From positions 7,284 through 71,283 of the forward strand of contig UQTD01000002.1 of the NCBI GenBank assembly GCA_900543845.1: a stretch of DNA of 64,000 nt. The letters are read 5' to 3'. Both the position numbers and the translations under genes were made by a program. Source of the DNA: an uncultured Collinsella sp. (GTDB lineage: Bacteria > Actinomycetota > Coriobacteriia > Coriobacteriales > Coriobacteriaceae). Positions 8,002-17,315 of this stretch are shown in pieces (within the stretch, counting starts at the first letter, position 1; each line of letters begins with the position of its first letter). Below the pieces are notes generated by a model that saw only the letters and a program-made list of their open reading frames with translations, had not been told where the DNA came from and ran no database searches.

Positions 8002-9258
8002 CTACTTGTAATACGTCTTGAACAGCTTAAAGTGGCGCAGCTTGGTGTGCCACATGCGCAACCAGCGGTTAAAGACAAAATCACCCTTCATAAACGAAGG
8101 ATCGGCGGCCTTGCCCTCCTTGGCCAGACGATGTGCCTTCGCACGCAGCTCGGGGTCCTTGACATACTTGTCAACGACGCCCATAGGAACAACCATCCAC
8201 AGAGCCTCATCCTGCGCCGTCACAAATTCCGGCTCAAACGGGCGGTTGAGCACATACTCGTCCACCACATACTTGGCAACGTTAAAGCCGCTGTTGGTTA
8301 CGTAGTAGTTGCTGCGGCCCTGGCGGGTGTTGAAGTCAAAGAACTTAAACGAGCCATCGCGCTCGTCATACTTGACGTCAAAGTTGGAATAGCCCACAAA
8401 GTGAAGGTCCTCGAGCAGCTTGCGCACGCCACCCATAAGCTCATCGTTGGGCTCGGTGATGATGCAGGCGTGATTACCGACGCCATGGGGCTGATGCTCC
8501 TCGAGCAGCACGTGACCAAGGCACATCATGCGAACCTTGCCGTTGCGATCAGAATAGCTGGTGAGCACGCGCATGTACTCGTCGTTGCCGGGCACGCGAT
8601 CCTGCAAAATCAGGTCATCGGTGTAGCCACTGGCATAGGAATCGCGGATAACCTGCTCCAGCTCGGCGCGGTCGGCAATCTCATAAGCCTTCTTCTGACC
8701 CTCGAACTCATGCTGCCACCACATGATGCCGTCGGAAGGCTTCAAGATCATCGGGTAGGGGAAGTCAATCTGGTCGAGCACCTCGGCAGGCGCCTCTCCT
8801 TGCGTGTTGAGCATCTGCGCAGTAAAGGTAAACGTATGCGGATAGGGCACACCGTGCTTCTCGCACAGCTCGTAGAAGATCTCCTTCTTCTGGCACTGCT
8901 CAAGCATGCTATAGGGCGCGTAAGGCGCAACGATGTTATCCGCCAGCTCGTTGGCATCCTTGGCCTGAGCCACCAGGGCAACATAGTTATCGCCGCAGCC
9001 CATCAGAACAATCGTCTTGTCGGCATGAACTCGAGCGATACCGTTGACGGTCTTAAGCATCACGGGCATGGTATCGATATCCACGTTGGGCGTGTAATCG
9101 ATAATTTGGCTGCGATACGCGGGGCCGGTCTGGTACTTGCCAAAGACCCGGCTCTTAACCTGATACTCCTCGTAGAAAGCGCGCGCCACCGAATACGCGT
9201 TGATGTCGCCGCCGAGCAGCACGGGGATAAACTCGCGCTCTGTAAACTGCAATGCCAT
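8002..9258 (-). CDS. ATP-grasp domain ligase, putative D-aspartate ligase for the peptidoglycan cross-bridge (Aslfm-like)
   Basis: 418 aa ATP-grasp architecture. It lies immediately upstream of, and co-oriented with, the aspartate racemase, mirroring the Enterococcus faecium racemase/D-Asp ligase operon. This also fits the L-Lys/L-Orn-D-Asp peptidoglycan types of Coriobacteriia. Confidence 0.5.
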   Translation of the reverse strand: MALQFTEREFIPVLLGGDINAYSVARAFYEEYQVKSRVFGKYQTGPAYRSQIIDYTPNVDIDTMPVMLKTVNGIARVHADKTIVLMGCGDNYVALVAQAKDANELADNIVAPYAPYSMLEQCQKKEIFYELCEKHGVPYPHTFTFTAQMLNTQGEAPAEVLDQIDFPYPMILKPSDGIMWWQHEFEGQKKAYEIADRAELEQVIRDSYASGYTDDLILQDRVPGNDEYMRVLTSYSDRNGKVRMMCLGHVLLEEHQPHGVGNHACIITEPNDELMGGVRKLLEDLHFVGYSNFDVKYDERDGSFKFFDFNTRQGRSNYYVTNSGFNVAKYVVDEYVLNRPFEPEFVTAQDEALWMVVPMGVVDKYVKDPELRAKAHRLAKEGKAADPSFMKGDFVFNRWLRMWHTKLRHFKLFKTYYK

Positions 9259-9477
9259 GGAAACTTCCTATCTAGAACTGCCCACACGACGGGCGGTCTT
9301 TGTGCAACTGATTTATTCTAGCGTGCCGAGCCGCCGGCACCCAAAGCTCCACCGTATCTATGGCAATCGGCGTAATTATCAGCACGAAGGCGGCAATCAC
9401 CGGCGTACGACAACGGGCAATGAACCCACCGTTGTTATAGGATTCAGCATATTGCCCGCCCCGTCGAAAGGTGCACC

Positions 9478-10110
9478 GTGCCCCAGGCTCATCCGATCAA
9501 CAACCCCATCATTGACGCCGCAAAGCGCGAACTTGCGGATCGTGCCCAGACGGCAGCTCCCCTACGCACCGCAAACGATGCTTACAACGGGCCTGCCCGC
9601 ATCGTCTCAATCAACACGTCGGAGCACAAAGGCACGCGTAAGTCACCCGTCGCCGACGGGCACGACACCGTCATCGAGCAGTTTGGCCTCGCCTCCGATG
9701 CGCACGCCGGGCATTGGCACCGTCAGGTCTCCTTTTTAGCTGCAGAGTCTATCCAGACGGCGCAGGCGCGCGGGCTCGATGTGCACGAGGGCGACTTTGG
9801 CGAGAACTTCACAACCCAGGGCATCAACCTGCTCTCACTCCCCTTGGGCACGCAGCTCAAGATTGGCAACGAAGTACTCGTCGAAATCAGCCAGATCGGC
9901 AAAGTCTGCCATACCCGCTGTGCCATCTACTATCTCGCCGGCGACTGCATCTTCCCCCACGAGGGCATTTTTGGCGTCGTGCTGCAGGGCGGAGAAGTCC
10001 ATATCGGTGACGACATACAGATGGTCAAGCTTGGTGACGGCACCTGTTCGTTTACGCCGGCTGAGGCGCTCCAAGAGGTGGAGCAGGCTCGCCGCGAAGG
10101 AACCCTATAG
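9478..10110 (+). CDS. MOSC domain-containing protein
   Basis: Residues ..ARIVSINTSEHKGTRKSPV..HEGDFGENFTTQGINL..LKIGNEVLVEISQIGKVCHTRC.. match the MOSC beta-barrel family. The start is GTG 9478, so the N-terminus is uncertain. Confidence 0.6.
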   Translation: MPQAHPINNPIIDAAKRELADRAQTAAPLRTANDAYNGPARIVSINTSEHKGTRKSPVADGHDTVIEQFGLASDAHAGHWHRQVSFLAAESIQTAQARGLDVHEGDFGENFTTQGINLLSLPLGTQLKIGNEVLVEISQIGKVCHTRCAIYYLAGDCIFPHEGIFGVVLQGGEVHIGDDIQMVKLGDGTCSFTPAEALQEVEQARREGTL

Positions 10111-10169
10111 TTGCAAAACCCCACGTTGAGGTAGTTTTTGCAGCCAAGAATTCAGTTACAACAGGGTGC

Positions 10170-10290
10170 CGTAACGTTAAAGTTGAACTCTATGGTTTCT
10201 CAACAATTCACCATTCCCGCAGGTCAAGGCTAAAACCTCAAGTTCAACTTGACCCTTTAGAACCTTTAAGGTTCAAGTTGAGGTCGAAAG
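10170..10290 (+). promoter_or_regulatory. Cluster of AAGTTGAAC-type inverted and direct repeats upstream of the secreted coiled-coil protein gene
   Basis: The cluster contains gttaaagttgaactc, the odd palindrome caagttcaacttg (flanked by ggtcaag..cttgacc), and ggttcaagttgagg. That is four copies of an AAGTTGA(A) half-site in ~120 bp of non-coding DNA. Confidence 0.4.
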
Positions 10291-10344
10291 CAGTAGTAGA
10301 ATACACCTCGACCAATAACCTACGATTGATTGCAGAGGGACTGG

Positions 10345-11478
10345 ATGCAGCATTCGAACCATCGCACCGCAGCGCTCATCGCGTCGAAGCCGGCTCGTAT
10401 CATCACGAGCGCCGCGCTCGCCGTCGCGCTGACGGCCACGCCGATGCTCTCCCCCGTCGCGGCCTATGCCGCCTCGCAGGCAACGCAGGATCAGCTTTCC
10501 GCCGCCCAGAAAAAGATCGAGGACGCCACGAGCGCCTACAACGACGCCCGAACCAAGCTCGAGGATCTGCAAAAGCAGATCGACTCCAATGAGGCGAACA
10601 TCGATAAGATTGAGGCCGAGCTACCCGAGCAGCAGGCCAAGGCAAGCTCCGCCATGCGCGATCTGTATAAGTACCAGAAGGGCACCAGCCCCATCGTGAG
10701 CTTCCTGGTGAACACGCAGAGCTTGGGTGACTTTATCACCACCTGCAAATACACCAACCAGACTACGAGCTCGAGCGTCGACGAGATCGAAGAGCTTAAC
10801 AAGATGCAGACCGAGCTCGAGCAGAACAAAACCGCCCTCGATCAGGCCAAGTCTCAGCTCGAGGGCGAGCAAAAGAATGCCGAGGATGCACTGGCGCAGG
10901 CTCAGCAGCTCCGCAGCGAGGCGCAGGCAAAGGCCGAGCAGGAAAATGCTGCCGAGCTGGCAAAGCTCGAGGCCGACAAGGCCGCTGCCGCCGAGAAGAT
11001 CTCGGGCGAGGGTGTAAGCGGCAACAACTCCAACAGCCAGGCCAACAACGCCAACACCACCATCGACACCACGGTGAACAGCTCGAATAGCGGTAACTCC
11101 GATTACGACTCGTTCATTAACGAGTGGACGAGCCGCATCGATAACTACCTTGCCGGCTCCCCCATGGCAGGCCAGGGCTACAACTTTGCCGTCGCCGCCT
11201 GGAATACCGGCGTCGATCCCCGTTGGTCCCCCGCCATCGCCTGCATCGAGAGCAGCAAGGGCCTCTATTGCGCCGGCTCCTATAACGCCTGGGGCTGGAG
11301 TGCCCGCGGCGGTGGTTGGCGTAGCTTTGGTAGCTGGAGCGAGGGCGTCTCCGCCCACGTTGCCTACCTGGGCGCCAACTATGGTTCCACGCTTACTCCG
11401 GCAGCCGCCAAGAAGTACTGCCCGCCCACGTGGCAGGACTGGTACAACAAGGTCGCCAATCAAATGAACCGTATTTAA
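10345..11478 (+). CDS. Secreted coiled-coil protein with a C-terminal putative peptidoglycan-hydrolase (CHAP/NlpC-like) domain; PcsB-like architecture
   Basis: A signal peptide is followed by a ~200-aa coiled-coil region rich in Q/E/K/A heptads and a Ser/Asn-rich linker. The C-terminal ~110 aa carry a conserved Cys (IACIESSKG) and His (AHVAYLG). The ATG at 10345 has a GAGGGA RBS. Confidence 0.5.
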   Translation: MQHSNHRTAALIASKPARIITSAALAVALTATPMLSPVAAYAASQATQDQLSAAQKKIEDATSAYNDARTKLEDLQKQIDSNEANIDKIEAELPEQQAKASSAMRDLYKYQKGTSPIVSFLVNTQSLGDFITTCKYTNQTTSSSVDEIEELNKMQTELEQNKTALDQAKSQLEGEQKNAEDALAQAQQLRSEAQAKAEQENAAELAKLEADKAAAAEKISGEGVSGNNSNSQANNANTTIDTTVNSSNSGNSDYDSFINEWTSRIDNYLAGSPMAGQGYNFAVAAWNTGVDPRWSPAIACIESSKGLYCAGSYNAWGWSARGGGWRSFGSWSEGVSAHVAYLGANYGSTLTPAAAKKYCPPTWQDWYNKVANQMNRI

Positions 11479-11522
11479 GTGCAACTGCAAAGGGGCCCCA
11501 AACGGGGCCCCTTTTCGATTCT

Positions 11523-13016
11523 CTAGGAGACGATACCGGTCGCGTTGCCGATAACAACGACGACGCACATGACGGCAAACATAAACCCGAGCGCCTTGAA
11601 CCATAGTTCGACAAAAGCACTCCCCCGATACCGACCGAGCACGGGAAAACGACGTCGAAGCCTACGCCGGTCGAGCATTCCGAATGTAATGAGCAACACC
11701 AGGCCATCGACCATAAAGAAATACTCAAGCGCCAAAAACCACGTTGGATAGTTTCGGTTTTCGCCCGTTGGCGTAAATACCGCAAAATGGCTGCCCATCA
11801 GCAGCAACAATGTTGTCGCATAGACGCATCCATTCCATATGCGCCCCACGGGCTCGGGGATACGCGAGAGCAGACGCACACATTTGGATGTCACGGGAGA
11901 GACGATCGAACGCCGGCTTGCAGAAGACGGAAGCGTGAGGGCAACCGGCTGCTGTACCCGCTGCACCTGTGGCACCGCGGCCCGGGGCACGCTGGCAGCA
12001 GAAAAGGTCACGGGCGACGGTGCAGGGAGACATAGCTCATATGCCGCACGCGCAGCATGCCCCAGTGCCTTTGCACTCGCAAAGCGCTTAGCGGGATCGA
12101 GCGCCATCGCCATGCAAATCACATCCGCCAGCGGAACGGGAATGCCATGCGCCTCGCATTGCTCGCGCATGTCACGCCCAGGCTTGGGGTCAGTTCCCGT
12201 CAGGCAAAAGAACAGCAGCGCGCCAAGCGCGTAAATATCGCTGCGGACGCTCGTTTGCCCAAACCCAAACTGCTCGGGCGGCGCATAGGAACGCGTGCCA
12301 AACTTGACGGTGTCGGCGTCGGCGCCATCGCGCCAAACGCGCGCAATTCCCAGGTCAATAATCACCAGCGAGGAAAAGGTCATGCCGGCATCGGTCGCGT
12401 ATCTCACGCCCGATACGATGATGTTCGAGGGTTTAAGGTCGCGGTGGATTACCGGCATCCCCGGCTCCCCCGCAGCTGCAAAACCAGCATGCAGCTCGCC
12501 CACCGCTTCACACAGAACGGGATACAGCCCGCGGGCATAATCGGGCGTCGTCCCCAAGCGTCCCACCAGGGCCTCGAGTGTCTCGCCTTCGACATACTCC
12601 ATCACCACGTCAAGCTCGTCGCCCACACGGCGGCAATCGACGATTCGGGGCAAGTGCTCAAAACGACGACCGGCGCGCTGGGCCGCAAACAGGCGCTCAT
12701 ATGCTCCGCCAATCTGCACCGAAGCATCGATGCGCTTGCGGACAAAGGGACCGAGAGACCCGCCGCCAGAGCCCTCAAAATAGACGAGTTCGGTCGTCTC
12801 GACATCCGAGCACTTGAGCACGCGCTCCACACGATAGCTGTCATCGCGGTCGAGCGACGCCAAATGCTCGACAAGTGAAGCAGTCAGCTCGTCATCGGAA
12901 TATGTTGGGCTCTGAGTATCCATGGTGCCCATCATAACGCAGGGTGCGGACACCCCATGGTGTCCGCACCCCGATCGTTTGCATGGCTGCTCTGGTGACA
13001 CCGCCGGCTCAGCCAT
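11523..13016 (-). CDS. Hanks-type Ser/Thr protein kinase with a C-terminal membrane region
   Basis: Kinase motifs VIHRDLKPSNIIV, DLGIAR and YAPPEQ are present, with 3-4 C-terminal TM helices. Alternative start ATG at 12935 (MMGTMDTQ). Confidence 0.8.
   Translation of the reverse strand: MAEPAVSPEQPCKRSGCGHHGVSAPCVMMGTMDTQSPTYSDDELTASLVEHLASLDRDDSYRVERVLKCSDVETTELVYFEGSGGGSLGPFVRKRIDASVQIGGAYERLFAAQRAGRRFEHLPRIVDCRRVGDELDVVMEYVEGETLEALVGRLGTTPDYARGLYPVLCEAVGELHAGFAAAGEPGMPVIHRDLKPSNIIVSGVRYATDAGMTFSSLVIIDLGIARVWRDGADADTVKFGTRSYAPPEQFGFGQTSVRSDIYALGALLFFCLTGTDPKPGRDMREQCEAHGIPVPLADVICMAMALDPAKRFASAKALGHAARAAYELCLPAPSPVTFSAASVPRAAVPQVQRVQQPVALTLPSSASRRSIVSPVTSKCVRLLSRIPEPVGRIWNGCVYATTLLLLMGSHFAVFTPTGENRNYPTWFLALEYFFMVDGLVLLITFGMLDRRRLRRRFPVLGRYRGSAFVELWFKALGFMFAVMCVVVVIGNATGIVS
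12943..12972. promoter_or_regulatory. 30-bp near-perfect palindrome (gggtgcggacacc-ccat-ggtgtccgcaccc) at the 5' end of the kinase gene
   Basis: 13-bp arms. It sits 8 nt upstream of the alternative kinase start (12935) and 50 nt downstream of the HTH regulator gene stop. It is a candidate operator or translational hairpin. Confidence 0.4.
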
Positions 13017-13022
13017 CGACCA

Positions 13023-13445
13023 CTAACTCACCGTTTCCTCGCCAAAGCGATATAGCTCTTCATTGACCTTTTGGAGGCTACAGCCACGGTCGATGCAAAA
13101 GATAATGATTGCATCGCGACGGTCCTTACAGTTGAGGACGCTCACTCCGGCAGCCGTCAGAGCGCGGTTGGTCTCCTTCATCGACAGCGCCATTGCAAAG
13201 GCAATCTGCAGCACCTTATTGCGACTCGGATGCCGCGCACCGGTAAAAATCTGATAGCCAAAGGTCTCGTTGAGGTCGGCCATACGCACCACACGCGAGC
13301 GCTCGAGCCCCTTCTCTTGCAGCAACTGCTTTAAGTAATCCGAAAGCGACGGGGCGGCAAAGTCGTGCTCTTTGATATAGCCATCGATGTTTGGCGCGTC
13401 GAGGAGTTCATTGAGTAACTCGTCCGTCAGCTTTTTATTGGGCAT
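13023..13445 (-). CDS. Putative XRE-like helix-turn-helix regulator, in an operon with the Ser/Thr kinase
   Basis: 140 aa. The segment LSDYLKQLLQEKGLERSRVVRMADLNETFGYQIFTG.RHPSRNKVLQIAFAM looks like an HTH_XRE. Its stop is 7 nt from the kinase start. Confidence 0.45.
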   Translation of the reverse strand: MPNKKLTDELLNELLDAPNIDGYIKEHDFAAPSLSDYLKQLLQEKGLERSRVVRMADLNETFGYQIFTGARHPSRNKVLQIAFAMALSMKETNRALTAAGVSVLNCKDRRDAIIIFCIDRGCSLQKVNEELYRFGEETVS

Positions 13446-13484
13446 ACGACCTCACCTCCCATACGGCGCAACGGTAGCGACATG

Positions 13485-14030
13485 TTAGGCCAGCACCCAG
13501 CTTGCAGCAGCAGACTTATCAAACACGTTGGCAAAATAGAGAGCCTTCTTGATGTCACCATCAAAGTAGATATTGCCCGCCACGGAGCCACCGGCGGCAA
13601 GGGTACCAGACTGCAGCTCATCGGAACCCTCGCTGTAATAACCCTGGTTCTGCTGCGCACCGTTGGCGTCCTCGCCCTTCCAGTCGTAGATATTGTAATC
13701 TGCGCCCTCATCGCCATTGTTGACGTACGTGACGTGAATACCCGTCATGGTCGAACCGTCATAATTTGTAAGGCCGGGCTGGACGGAATCGACGACGACG
13801 GAAAGGCCAGCAGTCGTGGTCACCGTCGTGCCAACAGCCAGGTCAGTCGTAGGCTGCTCTTCCTTCTTCGTCTCTTCCTTCTTGTCGCCATCGCCGGCAT
13901 CCTCGGTGACGGTCGCCTTATCGCTACCGCAACCGGCAAGAAGACCGGCAGTCCCCAAGGCAACAGTGGCGAATGCGCCAAGTGCAGCGCGACGGCTCAG
14001 CAGCACTTCGTTTTCGAGCTTATTCATCAT
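13485..14030 (-). CDS. DUF4352-family lipoprotein with a Tat-type signal (SRRAAL..LLAGC)
   Basis: Twin-arginine motif plus lipobox LLAGC. The Gly/Asp-rich beta domain with GSVAGNIYFDGD is typical of DUF4352. Confidence 0.55.
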   Translation of the reverse strand: MMNKLENEVLLSRRAALGAFATVALGTAGLLAGCGSDKATVTEDAGDGDKKEETKKEEQPTTDLAVGTTVTTTAGLSVVVDSVQPGLTNYDGSTMTGIHVTYVNNGDEGADYNIYDWKGEDANGAQQNQGYYSEGSDELQSGTLAAGGSVAGNIYFDGDIKKALYFANVFDKSAAASWVLA

Positions 14031-14445
14031 GCATCCTTCCTACGATCCGGCTACCGCGCCGGCACACAGCACATCGTAGAAGGCAGCGAGCTCAAATTCA
14101 TTAGCTGGGAGCTAATGGGGGTTTGTAAGCCAGATTGGTACTGGATTGAGAAGATGCCTGTTCAGATGGAGCGGTGATTGAGGCTGCAGCTTGATACCAA
14201 AGCGCCCTTTCCGCGCCTCTGGCCGACGTTAGCCGCACCCCTCTCACCTGCAAGATGCCCATGAGGGGGGCTGCCCGTCGAAGATAGCGCGCGCATGGTG
14301 TTCGACGATTCCGTCGCCCCGCTATCGAATAAAAGGTATGGTCCTAAGATCACTCAGGCAATAAAGCAATAGCGCTGCGGTATATCTCCCCGTGCTTTAA
14401 GTCGGCATCAGCCACCTCAGGCAAGCGATTCAAATCACGGCACCC

Positions 14446-15558
14446 CTATGCCAGCTCGCGAAGCCTCCCGAGCGCCAGCCTGAACCACTCCAGATCGTCC
14501 TTATCAGGCACGCTATCGTACTTCCAGTGCGTTATATAGCGCCACCGAGAGAAGACGCCGCTGCCCAGAAGCCCAACGTCGTCTATGGTGTCTATGTCCT
14601 CTCGCAGTCCTTCGGCCGTACCGGAGCGCGGATATGCCCCGGCAAAGGCCTCGCCACAGTCCATGTGCCAACCCAGGCCGAACATGTCATGGGCCAACGC
14701 GTGGAAGTCGCGGGTGGGACCGTCCAGCGAATCCTCGAAGCGCTTAACGAACCTGCACAGGTCATCACCGTAAGCCCCGCCGAACAAATAAGGCTCAATC
14801 ACGTCCTTGCCGCGCAAGGCCTCTAACCACTCGGTCGGAATGCCCTCGTATACGTACAGGATGCCGGCCAATCCACCGGCCACGCAAGCCGTGGTGTCGG
14901 TATCGTCGCCCAGGTTCACGGCGGTCAGTACGCAGTCGCGGTAGTTGTCGGTATGTTCTAGGCACCAGATGGCGGCGTGGTAAGTATCCCACACGTAACC
15001 GCCGCTGGCACCAGCTCTGTCCTCACTCTCGCAGCCGGCGTGCCCGCTGTAAAGCACCTCGCGGGCATAGGCGATCATGTCCACGCAGGCCTGGCAGCAG
15101 TCGTCGGTAGCGTGGGTGATCGCGCTGACCTCCCTTATGTCGCAGTCGGAGCATTCCATAAACACCATAGGCAGGCAACGCATGAGCGAGCCGTTGCCCT
15201 TGCTGTATTCGCTTGTGAGCCCGCAACCCGTATCGAGCGCCTGCCTGGTGGCGTTGCCGTAGTCGAAGACGTTCCCGTCGGCGGTGTATGCGCCTTCGTT
15301 TATCCAATTGCGGAACTTGACGAGGATATCGTCGCAATTGATATCGCCCAGCTCGCGGTAGCTGTCGCACAGCGCGAGCGCCATGGACGTGTCGTCGCTC
15401 CATGTGCCCGCAGGCTGGTTGTGCGTGCCGCGGCCCACCATGTCCGTGCAGGTAAAGCTGCCGCGCGGCCTGAACTCGTAGGGCACGCCGAGCGCATCGC
15501 CCACGGCCATGCCGTACACGCAGTCCCTCACCGTCCGTAACAAGCCCATGGCGCGCAC
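14446..15558 (-). CDS. ADP-ribosylglycohydrolase family protein (DraG/ARH-like)
   Basis: N-terminal VYGMAVGDALGVPYEF and WSDDTSMALALCDS are ARH metal-binding signatures. Its start (GTG 15558 or ATG 15549) directly abuts the stop (15559-15561) of the upstream GIY-YIG gene. Confidence 0.75.
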   Translation of the reverse strand: MRAMGLLRTVRDCVYGMAVGDALGVPYEFRPRGSFTCTDMVGRGTHNQPAGTWSDDTSMALALCDSYRELGDINCDDILVKFRNWINEGAYTADGNVFDYGNATRQALDTGCGLTSEYSKGNGSLMRCLPMVFMECSDCDIREVSAITHATDDCCQACVDMIAYAREVLYSGHAGCESEDRAGASGGYVWDTYHAAIWCLEHTDNYRDCVLTAVNLGDDTDTTACVAGGLAGILYVYEGIPTEWLEALRGKDVIEPYLFGGAYGDDLCRFVKRFEDSLDGPTRDFHALAHDMFGLGWHMDCGEAFAGAYPRSGTAEGLREDIDTIDDVGLLGSGVFSRWRYITHWKYDSVPDKDDLEWFRLALGRLRELA

Positions 15559-16482
15559 CTAGTTCCAGTTCATGCCGAACTTGCGCGAGCAAAGCACGTC
15601 TTTCCAGTGACTCTCGCGCTCGCACACCTCGGCGGTGGTCATCTTGGTGTCGCACACCTCTAGAATGGAGTAGGTGAAGTTTTCCATGATGTACCCAGTT
15701 CCGTGCTCGGCCACGATGGCCTTGAACTCCTTGTTGCCGCCAGTCGGGTCCATGGGGTTGGCATAGGCGCTCCAGCGCTGCCAGATACCCAAGTCCGCGC
15801 CCGCGTCCTTCTTGCTGTCGCCCGAGGCCGAACCCACGTAGAGTTTCCCCGTCGCGGTGTCGGTGATGCAGTAGACGCCCTTCACGTTGTCCAGCGCCCA
15901 GTACCAGTCGGAGCCCACGCTGGCGATAACGGCCTGCAAGGTCTTGTGGTCGATGCACACGTACTTGTAGCCAGGAAAAGGGGCAACGTTGCCCAGGCTC
16001 ATCGAGTACTCGTACACTACGGGCTCGAAGTCGTGCATCGTGTTCTCGTAGAACTTGTTGTAGATGTCGCGCCCGATAGGCTTCTTCAACTTGATGATGA
16101 GGCGCTTGATGTAGGCCTCGTAGTCGGGAAGAAGCGTCAACTTGTAGCCCACGCCGCCCAGCACCTCGGGTACTGCCTTCTCCACTTTGTGCATGCCGCC
16201 GAAGATGAAGTACTCGGGCCCGTAGGTGTAGTACTGTGCGAACGAGAGTAGGTAATCCGCATGGTTGAGGTTGTTATTCGCTTGTCCCGTCGCGCTCCTC
16301 CACGCGTTCATCTCGTACCATCGCGAGCCGCTATCGGTCTTCTCGGGGGTCGAGGTGTCCTTCAGCAGCATGTCGTACGCGCGCACGTTCACGTCGCCAG
16401 CATTCATGTTGAATTTGATCTTTGTCTTCTCTGGGTGCGCCACCGGCATCAAATCCCTGAGCGTTATAACAGCATTTCCCAT
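15559..16482 (-). CDS. Protein with an unknown N-terminal domain (~190 aa) and a C-terminal GIY-YIG nuclease catalytic domain (I-TevI-like)
   Basis: The C-terminal region GVYCITDTATGKLYVGSASG...GIWQRW...FTYSILEVCD..ERESHWKDVL..GMNWN aligns to the I-TevI catalytic core (GIY..YVGSA, R, E, N). Confidence 0.6.
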   Translation of the reverse strand: MGNAVITLRDLMPVAHPEKTKIKFNMNAGDVNVRAYDMLLKDTSTPEKTDSGSRWYEMNAWRSATGQANNNLNHADYLLSFAQYYTYGPEYFIFGGMHKVEKAVPEVLGGVGYKLTLLPDYEAYIKRLIIKLKKPIGRDIYNKFYENTMHDFEPVVYEYSMSLGNVAPFPGYKYVCIDHKTLQAVIASVGSDWYWALDNVKGVYCITDTATGKLYVGSASGDSKKDAGADLGIWQRWSAYANPMDPTGGNKEFKAIVAEHGTGYIMENFTYSILEVCDTKMTTAEVCERESHWKDVLCSRKFGMNWN

Positions 16483-16962
16483 GTTAATTCCGCCGTTTCA
16501 GTTTGAAAAGCCTGTAGGTCGAATCATACCACTCGCTTTCCAGACGAAAATTAGCGCTCGGCTAACCGCTCTGCTGTTGTCGTTTCTTATGGCGAAGAAG
16601 AGCACGAAGCCGATAAGCCCCGCGCCCGTGTTTATGCCTTGTTTGGCGATTGTTCGTGATGTGCCCGCACGGCTATTTTTGGTGAATAATCCGAAAGTAA
16701 GGAAGATAAGTGCGAATCATCCACGCCACCATCCGTCTCGCCCGCACTCGGGCAATACGCAGTGCCCGCTCCTGATCGGCCGTCCCTAGCGCCGGCGCGA
16801 ACTCTTAGATGGCGTCTTTTGCGCTCATCACCTTGCGGAAGACGGTCGCGTCCTGCTTGCCGATGGGAATCGCGATCTTCTTGCCGCCCGCGCGTCGCAC
16901 TCCGTCTTGAACAACATGTCCCATCCGCCCCCTCGCCTCATCCTCAAAAGGCTCGTCGAAGC

Positions 16963-17286
16963 CTAGCCCACCGTGACGGATTCCCCGGTAAAGGTGCTAA
17001 CGAGCAGCAAAACAAAGAACACAAGGTAGCCGATGCTCAACAGGTAGGCGGTAACCAAAAAGACAATCCATCCCACATCGGTCTTGCCGTCGGCACGACG
17101 TTGCTCGCGATTGCGGCAGAGCCAAATCGTCACGCCAATAGCCACAATCAGCAGCACGAGCGCCGCTGCGGCCAGCCCGGCAAGCACAAACATCAAGCCA
17201 ACGCTCACGACGATGACCGGAATCAGCAGCAAGCCACACCCGCATCCACCCGGACTATACACGGCAGTCTGTCGGCGTCGTTCCAT
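16963..17286 (-). CDS. Small membrane protein (about 107 aa, 3 TM helices)
   Basis: Hydrophobic ORF. The ATG at 17286 has a GGAGTG RBS. It lies immediately downstream of higA. Confidence 0.4.
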   Translation of the reverse strand: MERRRQTAVYSPGGCGCGLLLIPVIVVSVGLMFVLAGLAAAALVLLIVAIGVTIWLCRNREQRRADGKTDVGWIVFLVTAYLLSIGYLVFFVLLLVSTFTGESVTVG

Positions 17287-17315
17287 CGTCACTCCAACCT
17301 CAATATCTTTGAGCA

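Noticed and set aside
14031-14445. 415-bp gap containing a 63-aa minus-strand ORF (14162-14353)
   Set aside because: There is no RBS and the composition is non-protein-like (Gly/Ala/Arg-rich). It is more likely the promoter/5' UTR of the DUF4352 lipoprotein gene. No structured-RNA signature was recognised.
16483-16962. Possible remnant ORF (39 aa, MGHVVQDGVRRAGGKKIAIPIGKQDATVFRKVMSAKDAI) on the minus strand at 16801-16920, and a 174-aa plus-strand ORF 16265-16789
   Set aside because: The short ORF lacks an RBS and a family match and may be a gene fragment. The plus-strand ORF is antisense to the GIY-YIG gene with no support. Both are left unannotated.
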